Assembly: GCF_001194135.2 (NCBI RefSeq)
Contig: NC_068985.1
Span: 103,366,070-103,430,069 of the forward strand
Direction of reading: 5' to 3'
Source: Octopus bimaculoides
Lineage: Eukaryota
Length of the DNA stretch: 64,000 bases
Under the pieces are notes generated by a model, which was not told where the DNA came from, ran no database searches, and worked only from the letters and a program-made list of their open reading frames with translations. A program made the position numbers and the translations under genes. Positions 13,241 through 26,959 of the stretch are shown here, piece by piece. The number at the start of each line of letters is the position of its first letter. Position 1 is the first letter of the stretch.

Positions 13241-14497
13241 GTATGTACTCAAAATATCAAAACACCTTCTACATCTTTACTCATCTTACTATTTATCTCC
13301 CCACTTACAACTATGACTGTCTTCGCTCTATCAGCTAATCTTGTATTTTAAAATTATCAAACACAATTACAACTAGTATTTCTATCACTAAAGAGTCTTA
13401 CAGATGACTTTATACCTGTAGTTATATAAATATTTGACACAATAGAAGCCATGTCTTTATATTACATGTGATTTTATTCTTCAGTTTATAACATATTTAC
13501 TCTTGTGGTAGTATGAACATTGTTGCTTGACAGATGATGTTATTGTCTTAATTAACAATAGCTATTATTGTGTTCCTTCTAGTAGATGTATTCTCATTAT
13601 AAATGGCATATTATTACAGATGTTATGTTTTTGCTTTATAGATGTTACCAAATTACTCATAACAATATCTCTCATATGTAATAATAGACATGGCTTATAC
13701 TAAATTTCATGACGTTGATTATTGAAATATCCAATGTTCTTTAAGTAGATATGTTTTTTTATGTTATAATTGACTTTCTCAGTTTAATCACAGCAATATC
13801 CGACTTCTGCTGTCTTACTGGAAGCAGCATATATATTGCAGATGACTTGATTATATTATTATCACAGCTCTGTTGAATACCATAGATGTAGATATGTTTT
13901 CATATTAATACATCATTGACACCTTAAACTTTGGGATCATCTGACATTATAATTGAAAACATCTCTTTATATTTGCAGATGACTTTCATCAGTCTTCTTA
14001 ATCTCAACTGACATAATGTTTGTATGCATATCATTGGTTTTAAGAGATTTTAGCCCCAGTATTTGTTACATTAAATAAATCAAAAGGAAAATGAAGAACC
14101 CTAAATATATTATGAGCCATGTATAAAGGCTTGACAATGATCGTTTTTTATGTATATTCATTTCAATATTTTCTAATGTTCTTTTTTTTTCTCCTGAGAA
14201 ACATTTTGAAATAATTTTTTATATATTACTGCTCTTATCACATTAAGATTATTTTCATATTTCAGTCAGCTGCTTGGAGTTTTTCAATGAAATATTATTT
14301 CAGAATTAAAATATATATATTTTTTTTTTAATTCTTTTTTACAGAGTATTTCTTCAATTAATATTTTTGTTAAGCACACACATTATACAAATATAGACAG
14401 ATTTTAGTTAGCATTGTTCCTGGCCATGTCTAAACTTAAAGCACCACCTGATTACATACCTTTTTATGTGTGTACAATTACATACACACACATACTC

Positions 14498-14540
<43 letters not shown>

Positions 14541-14577
14541 NNNNNNNNNNNNNNNNNNNNNNNNNNNNNNNNNNNNN

Positions 14578-14631
<54 letters not shown>

Positions 14632-14940
14632 TATACACACACACATATATATATATGTATATATACACACATATATATGTATATGTACATATATTTAACT
14701 TCTTATTTATACAGCTTTCTGGCTCTTTTTCTTAGAACGTAAGTATAATGCTGTTGTTGTATGACATGATGTTTGAATTACATGGTTAGTAAAATTACAC
14801 TCTCACACACATACACACACAACAAACACAGCCATCTCTTGTATCACTCCAAGCATTTCTTGGCTGATCACATATTTAAACTGTTTAATCATATTTGTTG
14901 TCACTTTCACTTGATGTGTTCAAAAGTATATTTGGTACTT

Positions 14941-14982
<42 letters not shown>

Positions 14983-15152
14983 TNNNNNNNNNNNNNNNNN
15001 NNNNNNNNNNNNNNNNNNNNNNNNNNNNNNNNNNNNNNNNNNNNNNNNNNNNNNNNNNNNNNNNNNNNNNNNNNNNNNNNNNNNNNNNNNNNNNNNNNNN
15101 NNNNNNNNNNNNNNNNNNNNNNNNNNNNNNNNNNNNNNNNNNNNNNNNNNNN

Positions 15153-15184
<32 letters not shown>

Positions 15185-15639
15185 CATATTTCACAGATAG
15201 AAGCTTACTTTCATCACTCTCTATATATGTAGCTAATAGCAGCTATGTGCTTGTTGCTGCACTCACTGCACACAGTTATGTTATACCTAGAGGTGATGCA
15301 TCCTGCTGATCTGAGGTGTATTGTGTTCCAATTTTAGTAATTACTTAATTTTCATATTTCTGATTTTTTTTTTCCTTTCTTAATTTTAATGACAGCTTAT
15401 TTTCTGAAAGTTTGTTTGTTTCCACAGGAAATTGGTCAATGGTTAAAAGATTCAAGTGTTGCTGTTTATATTAATTATGTTATATATCTTATTATTGTAA
15501 ATGCTTGCAAGTATACATGATTACCTTCCTAGGTTTATATATGTGTGTATACATGCTGATGTATACACACAGACACACACGCACACACACAACTTTTCCA
15601 TTCAGGTAAGATCAACAAAATGTACTCCAATTGTTTTAA

Positions 15640-16560
15640 ATATACGTTATTTTTTAGATCTTTCCCTAGAACTAAACTTTCACTTTTATAAACTGTATCA
15701 CAAGCCTGAGACACTTTCCTACATACACAAACAGTCTTGCTGCCCTGCCATAGAGTTTAAAAACCTGGCTGCCACCATTTGCAATAAGATATCTGGCCTT
15801 TTTTCTTCTAAAGAAATTTTTGATAAGGTAGTCCCCTACGATGACAATACCCTAGCTAACAGTGGCTTCAAAAATAAGTTAAATTACAATCCTTCTGGTA
15901 ATAATACTTATAATAAAAATAGACCTAAGAATAAGCCTAGGAAAATAATTTGGTTCACCCTCCATTTCTCGCTAAATGTTAAAATTAACATAAGTAAATA
16001 ATTCCTATCTCTCTTATATAAGCATTTCCCAGAAAATCACAAATAAGAAAAATCTTCAACAAATGCTCAATTAAATTATGATATAACTGCTAACATAATA
16101 TGAAAAGTATCATTACCTGCATACACCAGAGCCCACTCCCAATCCTCATTGTTAAGACCCTGAAGCTTGTCTTCTCAGTTAGAGTGTATGATTTATTCTA
16201 TAATATGTTAGACAGAAGTAATACCAATGATATATGATATTCAAACTAAAAGGAAGAATTATATCAGGTTGTGCAAAGGCAACTTTAAAAGTTGCTACGC
16301 TAACCTATTTCCTTTCCAGCACATGAATAAAAGCCACTAAGTTGGCTAGCTATGTATGGGGTTTGAAGACCAACCCCAAGCCACATACAACCAAATGGAA
16401 TATTGTAAAAAAATCCATGCTATATGTTAATGGATCAAAAATATGCAAGTTATGTGTAGCAGAAAGATAGAATATCATTTTTAGATCTAAGAATTGCATT
16501 GCACTACTGAATTCCAGATCAGAGATTTTCAGCAAATGTAAACATAGTTCTTTTTTTTTT
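15640..16560 (+). mobile_element. Decayed Penelope-like retroelement fragment (RT C-terminus, linker and GIY-YIG endonuclease), frameshifted and with stops; linker style suggests the Naiad-like group
   Basis: Translated pieces: FLDLSLEL..YKLYHKP..LSYIHKQS; ISGLFSSKEIFDKVVPY; RKIIWF..HFSLNVKINIS; FLSLLYKHFPENHK; IIC*TEV..NYIRLCKGNFK; TKLASYVWGLK..KWNIVKK..GSKICKLC..LLNSRSEIFSKCKH. Subclade assignment is from recall. Confidence 0.82.
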
Positions 16561-16953
16561 ATACCAAATTGAAGAACACTACTCTCTCCTGATTAAGTGT
16601 CTGTATCACAGACTTTAGATCTCTTCCATCAATTATACACCATCTAACCTTGCAATGCTACAGTCAAGGGTGACATAAATCTAATTCCTTTTTTTGCTGT
16701 TTTCATTTTTTTTTTTCATTTTTTTCACCATTCCATTTTTTCAATTTATATTGATCCTGTCTTTTTTCATGATTTCTCTTGTTCTGTTGTCCTGATTTGT
16801 AACTTGTGTAGGCCATGTTGCCCAGAGCCTAAAGATTGCTTGGAAGCACTAGGCATGTTTTAAAAACTAAAATAAGTTCGTCAATGTACAAAACTGATAG
16901 TAGCTCATAACTGTATACTGTGTATATCAAGCAATATATACATATTTATATAT

Positions 16954-17000
<47 letters not shown>

Positions 17001-18242
17001 CACACACATAGGTGCAGGAGTGGTTGTGTGGTAAGTAGCTTGCTTACCAACCACATGGTTCTGGGTTCATTCCCACTATGTGGCACTTCATGTATTTGTA
17101 TCCACTCTGATGAAGTTCCATTGGATGTGCTATAAAGATGATGAATATTATTCTCATAATTTTCTTTGTTAGCAGAAATGGCTGTACACAATGTTCAAGC
17201 TTTGTATTAAAAAATATTTAGTCACTTTGTTTGTTGATCAAAAGTTTTCTCCAGTTTCTGCTTATTTTAAACATATACATAGTGTATATGTATATGTTCA
17301 TAGTGACTAGCATTTGTTTATAAACAGGCACATGCACCCATACACATATTTGTATATGTGACATACACATATTTGTCACATCATGAAACTTGATTCAGCA
17401 TAACAAGTGCTCACTGAACATCATATTGTATTGATATACACACATACATAGATACATATATATATATATATGTATATATAAATGCACACATGCATACACA
17501 TGTGCAAAATCAGAAATCAGATGCACTATATATATGTGCATATATATAGGTATTTATATGCACATATAGAGATAACTATAGGTTGTCTCTTGAAATTTTT
17601 TTGAATTCTATAAATTAAAGTCTGTATGTGGAAAACTTTTGTGAGATTTATTTTCAGTTTAACTTGTCAGAATATAAATGTAATAATGTAATTTACTACT
17701 ACTACTACAACTACTACTACCACCTGCTTTATTTATTTATTAATTTGCTTCTTTGTAGATGTTTCTCTGTTTATTTTACCAGTGTTTTCATTTGACAGAT
17801 ATTCAATGGCACCATAATTTTCAATGTCGTTTATATTTTTGCAGATTTCTTTTGTATCCTTCTGTGCTTATTTCAATGAGAATTTTTCCACTCTTCTTTC
17901 TGTGTTCCTTCTTATTTGAAATGGAAACTGCAGACAAAATAAATCTAATTCTATGGATCAGAATATTTCTGTTAATTCTGAGTTTCAGTTTCTTTCTCAT
18001 TTTTTTGGTAAAAAAATTTTTTTTTTTTTTTTTTTTTTTGACATTCTTTCTAATTTTATTATGTAATCAGCATTGTCATTGCTGTTACTATTTAGTTATC
18101 GTGGTTGCTCCTTACAACTTCTTTTTTATGTTCTGGTATTAATGTAGAGAAAATATCTACTTGTAGACTTTTTTTTCCCTCAATGATTTATCACAATATT
18201 ATACTCAACCTATAAAACCATATATAGGCATCCACCATCCTT

Positions 18243-18530
18243 ATTTTGTTGTTGTTGGCACTCCGTCGCTTACGACGTCGAGGGTTCCAGTTGATGCGAT
18301 CAACGGAGCAGCCTGCTCATGAAATTAACGTGTAAGTTGCTGAGCACTCCACAGACACGTGTACCCTTAATGTAGTTCTCGGGGATATTCAGCGTGACAC
18401 AGTGTGACAAGGCTGACCCTTTGAATTACAGGCACAACAGAAACAGGAAGAAAGAGTGAGAGAAAGTTGTGGTGGACGAGTACAGCAGGGTTCACCACCA
18501 TCCCCTGCCGCAGCCTCGTAGAGCTATTAA
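18243..18530. mobile_element. Young CpG-rich short interspersed repeat (family E), probably a SINE in minus orientation with a (TTG)n end
   Basis: Sharp GC/CpG step relative to flanks; starts TTGTTGTTGTTGGCACTCCGTCGCTTACGACGTCG; recalled as a common octopus repeat. Confidence 0.6.
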
Positions 18531-21269
18531 ATGCAAAGTGAAGTCTTTACATAAGAAATTTATCAATAGTTTTTAATCATCATTTTAAACAGTTCTCTAC
18601 AACTGATAAACTTGTCGTTTTTTTTTTTTATGACTTTGGTACACTAGTAAAATAGTTATTTTCTAATTGTCAGAGTAGCAAGCATTTTAGTGGAAAGGAT
18701 ATAGTCAATAAAATGGATCACAGTTTTTGACTGGTCAATCCAAGAAAGATGAAAGACAAATTCAGTCCTGACAGAACCCAAAATGTCAATGCATATAGAT
18801 ACCTACATATCTACTACCCTCTGAAAACAAAATTAATGATTATAGTTATAATTCTTATTTTTCATATCTGCATAGGTTAAAACATTTCTAGAGGAAGGAG
18901 CATATTTGCATAATACTTTTAGGATATTATTTGTGTTAACTGATGTTGGCAGGTTTTGAGCTTAGAAAAATGCTAAATATTGTATGGAATTTTGTCTGAT
19001 GCTTTGCTATTGCTACAAACTCACTGTCCTTTTATAATAACCATAATTGTGTGTTTGACCAGATATTCAGTCAGTTTTGTTGAGAAATGTCTATTGTCAA
19101 TAATTAAATTATTTTCTTTACAATCAATAATATTCAGACATTACCTGTTCTTGTTTTTTTTTTTATCAATGATAGGTGAATAAATTTTAATTTTGAAATT
19201 GGTTAATCCACTGGCTGTTTAACATTTTGGCCTGTTGATTCTTGTGCTTTTGAATTGGCATCACATTCTGGAGTTAGCATAGGTTTTCTAAGTTAATGTT
19301 ATCTTGTGTTTCTCTTTTCTGTGCATTTCTGGTGCCCTATTTTCAATGATATGCATTTCCTGTGGGTTACATTTGAACTTTGAACTTTTATATGATGTAG
19401 ATACAAATATGAAACATGAAATTATAATCTTAAGTCAGCTTAAATACAGCATTTCATTTATTTGTGTCAAGGAAACTGCTTAATTAATGGTAACTAAACA
19501 TTTTTAATATTTCCAAATATTTCATTTATTCAGTTACTGATCATGAACAAAGTCTTATATTTTCATGTGAAATTATAAGTTTTGAAAAACACTGAAAATA
19601 ACTGATTTTTTAACATAGTCTTATACTTGATAAAATTAGTGAAGAGGATACTTCATAAGTGTCAGCAATAAGGCTTCATTCTAGAAATAGGCCATTTTTG
19701 AATGAAAACCTTAAATGTTTTGTGTTTGAATTAAAAAATTATGTTAAAAAATTTATATTTGTAAATATCTTACAAATATCTTAACAAATGAATTTTTTTT
19801 TTTTATTGCTTTAAATTTTGTGAAATTTCTGTTTTTCCTTTTCAGTTTTTTTTTTCTTTTTAATAAATTTTTTACTATTAATGATGGCCATATCTTGTAC
19901 ATTTTTATACTCTGCTATACAATTTCTGTGTCAGCCAGTAGCTATATGTCATATACTATCATAATGTGCAATGCTGTATAGTTAGAATATTTTAAAGCAA
20001 ACTGTATAATGTATTGGTATACTGTTTCAATTTTTATTTATTCATACTGCTGTACAAATTGTTACTATTTAGAGTTGATTCTAAACAAGACAGGTTGAGA
20101 ATATTGTATTATAACATACAGAAACACACACATGCACTCCTCCGCTTCTCCTTCCCATCTCACTCTCTCTTTCTCTCTCTTTCTCACTAAATGTCTGTTG
20201 AAGTTTGATATGCATCGTTCATTAAGTTACATTAAAAATGAATAAACAGTAAGAGAAACATGTAACAAATGGAATTAACCTCATTATATTATGGGAACTT
20301 ATTTTATAAACAATAGAAGGATAATCAATAAACCGAAAACTGAGAACAATAATTCATTGAATGATCTACTGTAAAGCTCCAAGAACGAGCACTGTATTGC
20401 CTTTACTAATTTCTAAAACAATATAAAATGTGAAAGACATGAAAGGGTTATAGTTCATGGTTGTCGTCTGCTCCAAATCACTTAGTTTGTGCAATTAACT
20501 AAATATCATTGGTCACTCTTCAAAAACAATAAAGTTGTTTATGACTGTTTTAATTTTTAACAATAAAGAGATTCTAAAAACAATCTCTTCTGTCAAATAC
20601 AGAATATTGTGTGTGCATGTGTACATATGCATATGTGGATATATGTATATGTATGTATATATATGTATATGTATGTACGTATATATATGTGTGTGTGTGT
20701 GTATATATATGTACACACACACATACATATATGTATATATTTATGTGTGTGTGTGTATACATATGTGTGTACATATATATATATCATCGTTTATCGTCCG
20801 CTTTCCATGCTAGCATGGGTTGGCTAACAACATAATGCCAAAATTGCCAGTCACTTACATTCAATGGTTTGTTGTTAATCTTTTATAAATCCTAGCTAAC
20901 TGACTTAGTTCACCTTCTTTAGTTCCACAGTAGCTGCAATCAGACATTCTATTCATACAAATAATACATATTTGATGAATTGAATATTGGATGTTTCAAT
21001 AGCAGTAGCTGGGTGTTGATGGGAAGTGGGGTACATTCTGTACTGTCAAATGAGACTGATATTCTTTTATATTTCTTGTGGGTGCTAGTTTTGTTTTAAG
21101 TCTAATGCTATCAAGAATTTTTGTTTAATGTATAATTTTGTGTATTTACTTAATAATTATTTCTTCATTACTTCATCAGAGTGAAAGCTGTTTTGCTAGT
21201 GAGGTCAGAATAACACTGAATTATGTTCAGAATTGTCTCATAATTTTCATGAAAATGAAAGTAGTCATT

Positions 21270-21296
21270 CGTTCTTTCTTTCTTTCTTTCTTTTTT

Positions 21297-21360
<64 letters not shown>

Positions 21361-21575
21361 TCCTTCCTTCTTTCTTTCTTTCATCCTTCCTTCCTTCTTT
21401 CTTTCTTTCATCCTTCCTTCCTTTCTTCCTTTCTTTCTTCCTTCCTTCCTTTCTTTCTGTCTTTCTTTCTTTCTTTCATTCTTTCTTTCTTTCTGCTTTC
21501 CTTCCTTCCTTCCTTCCTTCCTTCCTTCCTTCCTTCTTTCTTTCTTTCTTTCTTGTTTTCTTTCATTCTTTCTTT
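21270..21575 (+). repeat. Compound (CTTT)n/(CCTT)n polypyrimidine tract
   Basis: Directly visible; source of spurious ORFs 21138..21593 and 21233..21619. Confidence 0.95.
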
Positions 21576-23341
21576 CAACTTGTTTGTTTCTGAATGGCCT
21601 TTTGATGCTCTTGTATTAAATATGTTAACACTAACTTACCTGCTATTTGTGACTTATTTCAATATGTCTATGTATGTTATTACCATTTACCTACATTTCA
21701 GCCCTGATTGAATAAACCTACAATCAAAGGCTTTCTAATCATAAACATCCTGTCTTTTCCCACAAGTGCATGACATCCAGGATTACATTAATCATTGTGA
21801 CCTTCCTTATATTTTTAAGACACTAAATGAGAGATTTTAGGGACTTTTCATTACTATTTCTAGCAGGTGGAATGACCTTATAAGAACTCCCTTGTTGGAT
21901 TTTATTTGCCAGCTTTGATTTGTTTGAGAGAATGTTTATATAAGTTAGAAATATGTGACTTGAGACATGCGAATCATAGTTTAACACTTAAGCATCTAAG
22001 CCAGTCTTGTCTTACCCAAATATTCTCCATTTTATGTTCAAACTGGTCAGATCTGGCCTCCCACGTCTACCCTACAATGTCATCTTAACAATAAGCAATC
22101 ATATCAAAATCTCAAAGTTATGAGATAATGCGTGATTACTGTAGAACAGTGTGATTAAATAAGCATTACATTTGGCAGAGTAATCTGAATGTCAAAGGAT
22201 TAGCTGGGGTTAATTTTATATTTACTAAACATATTACTTCTACTAAATACAAATCTATTGTAAGTTTTTGATTCAGAAAAGTAATTTTCTTTACAATATA
22301 GAGACTAGTGTCTATATATGTTTGTGTGTGTATCATTATTTATTTATTAAAACTTATAAGCTGAAGAAATTTTTGTATATACTGCAATGTTTAACTGGAG
22401 TCTGAAATATTTGATATGACTAAAAACATGAAATAAAGTCAAATCACAAACCCAGTGTCTCAGTTGTGTATGTTATTTAATGTATATTGGCATATCTCAC
22501 TGGCTGACACAGTTATATACATATATAATATTTGCTTCCACTTGTGTTTTGCAGAATATGAATGGCTGTTGATCTGATACTAATGAATAAATTTCTATTT
22601 TCCATTTTTGTACTTTCACTTTTAGTACCTTCCTCCCACCAGCTACTAACTACTATTGCAGATGCTGGTGTTGCTATTTCTGCTTGTAATAACCACTACT
22701 GTTAGTGGCGTGGCGTTTCCTGCTGTTGCTATTTTATTGTTTTTTTTTTCTATCTTTATGTATCTATAGCATCGCTGCTATTTGTTTTTCTACAAACACA
22801 TACACCAATATATGTGTGTATGTATAAGTACTCAAGCATATACACACATGCACAGATATAAATGCTATTTTTATGTACAATTATATGTCTGTGTGTGTAA
22901 ATATATCCACATACTCTGTTCTTTGAAGAGATTTCAGTTAATCTACATATTACTTTGTTCCTAACCTTACAACTTTTTGGATTTCACTTATTTCTTCTGT
23001 TCTGTTTTATTGCCATTGTTGTCATTGTTATTGCTAAATTTGTTTCTGTAACCATTATTTTTTATTGCAGCTATTTACATTCTTCTTTCCACAGTAATTT
23101 TATTTCATTTCAATATTTTTGGTTGCTAGACATGGACAGTTATACACTAAATTGGGATTCTTTTTTTTATCTCAGTGACCTACTGTGTGTCTACATTTGA
23201 AGCAGACTTAGCAGAATTTCCATTATATTGTAGTTGAATAATCCCTAGCCACTAATATGACTTTTTTTTTTTAGTATATGTATGTATTTAACAACATGTG
23301 TGTGTGTGGGTGTGTGCACATTGCCATCCTCTGTGTGTGTT

Positions 23342-23372
<31 letters not shown>

Positions 23373-23492
23373 GTACAAACACACACTTATATAAATATAT
23401 ATGTATGTATACACACGTATATATAATACATATACAGGTTTATATGTATGTGAGCATATATATGCATATACAAACTTGTGTATGATTGTGTG

Positions 23493-23528
<36 letters not shown>

Positions 23529-23708
23529 CATACATACATACATATACATATATATANNNNNNNNNNNNNNNNNNNNNNNNNNNNNNNNNNNNNNNNNNNN
23601 NNNNNNNNNNNNNNNNNNNNNNNNNNNNNNNNNNNNNNNNNNNNNNNNNNNNNNNNNNNNNNNNNNNNNNNNNNNNNNNNNNNNNNNNNNNNNNNNNNNN
23701 NNNNNNNN

Positions 23709-23753
<45 letters not shown>

Positions 23754-24349
23754 ATATACATTAATGATCTATGAATTGATATGTACCTAGACCTAAGTAT
23801 CTGTGTGTGTGTATATATATATATATATATGCATGTGTGTGTGTACACACACTTCTATGTAATCAAGCATATATGTATACATGCATACCTACTATAAACT
23901 TATACAGGCGTGTGCAGAGATTTACTTTGCTATGAATATTTTGTTTATTTTTTTTTTGTTAAATGATTTCCTCAAAATACCTTTATTGGCTTCCCTTATG
24001 TATTCTTTCTCTCTTCTATAATATTAAAAGTAATATTTATATTTTGTATTTATAATCCTCACTAGCTCCCTATATACACACTGTTTCAATTAGCAATTCT
24101 ATATCGTCTGGAAAAGTTGAACCTCTTGCTAAACATTCTTCATTTCTTTGTTATCCGTTCATCTGATAATCCAAGATTAAATAATTTGCTTGTTACATGG
24201 GATGCCAAATAACAAATTTATAAATATGGACACCAAATATCAGAGGAGCATTTCAGTAGTTAATCTTAAATGTTTAGCCAAAGATTTAAGTTTTATGTGG
24301 GGCTATACTTAAATATACTGAATTTATCTTATATGTATGTATGTGTGTG

Positions 24350-24570
24350 TGTGTAATGGTAGTGAGTTGGTAAAATCATTAGTACACCAGGCGAAATGTT
24401 TAGGGGTATTTCATCTGTCTTTACATTCTGAGTTCAAATTATTCCAATGTTGACTTTGCCCTTCCTCCTTTTAGGGGGTTGATAAAATAAGTACCATTTG
24501 AGTACTGGGGTCGATGTAACTTGCTTACTCTCTCCCCTGAAGTTACTGGCCTTGCGCAAAGTTTTGAAAC
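24350..24570 (+). mobile_element. SINE family A copy
   Basis: ...GGCGAAATG...TTACATTCTGAGTTCAAAT...GACTTTGCC...GATAAAATAAGTACC...GGGGTCGATG...GGCCTTGCG. Confidence 0.8.
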
Positions 24571-25070
24571 CTATGTATGTGTGTGTATATACACAATCAA
24601 AATGCAAGGTAACTTTAACTTCCAAAGTTTTGCTGGCAGTGTTTCACTAGACATCTTGCATTTTGTTTGAATGGAATATTATGCTGCATTTATGTTTATG
24701 CATTGCAATTAATATGACTTGTTGATTTTAAAATTTCTTAAAGATATAAATTTCAAGTGTTTGTAGGTGTGTGTGTGTATTTGTGTACAGCGAAAGAAAA
24801 TCATTTTGATTCACATGTAGGAGTGTTTGAACTCCTAGGTATTTTCGTTTTTTCATCCTCTACATATGCATCAATCAGTATAGTGACTTGATATATGTAT
24901 ATATTTGTGTGCCTGTTTGTGAGTGTTTGTGCTTATATAGTTACACTCATACCCAATCAAATAAGGGTGTAAGCATAAATAATGCATGGAAAGGGTTTAT
25001 CAATTCTTTACCATGCATAATTTATGCTTACATAGTGAAAGGAAATACAAAAATGCACTGTATTTTATAA

Positions 25071-25106
<36 letters not shown>

Positions 25107-26959
25107 NNNNNNNNNNNNNNNNNNNNNNNNNNNNNNNNNNNNNNNNNNNNNNNNNNNNNNNNNNNNNNNNNNNNNNNNNNNNNNNNNNNNNNNNNNNNNN
25201 NNNNNNNNNNNNNNNNNNNNNNNNNNNNNNNNNNNNNNNNNNNNNNNNNNNNNNNNNNNNNNNNNNNNNNNNNNNNNNNNNNNNNNNNNNNNNNNNNNNN
25301 NNNNNNNNNNNNNNNNNNNNNNNNNNNNNNNNNNNNNNNNNNNNNNNNNNNNNNNNNNNNNNNNNNNNNNNNNNNNNNNNNNNNNNNNNNNNNNNNNNNN
25401 NNNNNNNNNNNNNNNNNNNNNNNNNNNNNNNNNNNNNNNNNNNNNNNNNNNNNNNNNNNNNNNNNNNNNNNNNNNNNNNNNNNNNNNNNNNNNNNNNNNN
25501 NNNNNNNNNNNNNNNNNNNNNNNNNNNNNNNNNNNNNNNNNNNNNNNNNNNNNNNNNNNNNNNNNNNNTATATATATATATATTGTGTGTGATCACATGT
25601 TGACTAGGACCATGGACAATCCTTTCTTATCTGAAACAAATTCATAAACTCTTTTGATATTAATCCGATTGTGTTTGCCTGTAGTTCTGATATACAATAG
25701 TTTAAAATGCTCATTTTTAAATTAAAACTTTTTTGTCATAATCTTATGTATGAATTTTTTGCTAAGTTGTATTTCAAAGCCAGTGTGAAAATGAACTTAG
25801 CTAAATTTTTCCCTGTTCTTGATTATTTTTAGAATCAGTTGAAACACGTTGATAGTATATATCATTACAGACATAATCACAAAATGATTAAGCAAATAGT
25901 TCACCATACTGAAATCAATATAATTCAATAATTTTACTCATACATGATGTCTACCATTCTGATACTGAATTCATACTAAGATGGAAAAGCATTGTAATAC
26001 AATGATGATGATGATGATGACAGTAAACTCATCAGTCTGTGACTACCTAGCATCATCATTTAACATCCATATTCCCATACTGCCATGGGTTGAATGGTTT
26101 GACAGGGTCTGTTGAATTCAAGAGCTACATCATGTTTTATTGTCTGCTTCTGGCATAGTTTCTACAGCTTTATGCCTTTCCTAACACCAACTACTTTATA
26201 GCATATACTGAGTGCTTTTTTTTTTTTTGTGGCACCACATTTGTAGGGTTGTCATGCGGCAGACAAGACTACAAACCCCTAGGAACACAGTCTTATGCTT
26301 GGTGATGAGGTGTTAAAGTATGATAGAAAGAGCCAGAGCAGAACAGATTTCTTGCTGCAGTGGAATACATAGTTATTCAAACTTTAGAAGAGTGGGTGTG
26401 AGCAGATGGAGCTGGAAAGAGATGAAAATGGTGGTGATGAAGTGTCTGAGTAAGGACACAGAAATTAGGAGTGTGGTTGGATGGAGACTGCAAGAGTTTA
26501 TGAGGGTGTGAGATACAGGGAATAGGTGAGATGAGGGTAAGCATAAGCAGAATTAAACATCACTATTGATTTATCTAAAGCTTGTCTCAGCTTAACTATC
26601 ACATGTTCTGACTGTCTCAATTATTATTTATCTATCCATTTCTCTGCCAAAAATACGCCTACAATCCCACCCCATTGCTGCTACCTACCCAAAAGACTAT
26701 TCCTAGCTTATAATGAATCTAGCTGAGGTTTCCACTCATCATCTCTCTTGCACATAGCAAATGTCAACATGCAACTTTGCTTGCATTTCAATAATCTCAC
26801 CAGTCTTACCTTTCATTGTGCCAACATTGATCGTAGTGATTCTAAATTTATGGATTTGAAAGGAGGAATGAGAGGATAGTTGGGGAACTGTTGTTAGTAC
26901 CTGAATAAAATATTTGTGTGAATGCCTCCATGAGGCCCAACATCCTGAGATCAGTCCTC

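Noticed and set aside
16589-16615. CTGATTA-AGTG..CAC-AGAC after the PLE endonuclease, a possible decayed hammerhead
   Set aside because: Both core strands are mutated and stems I and III cannot be built; plausible ancestry but unsupported
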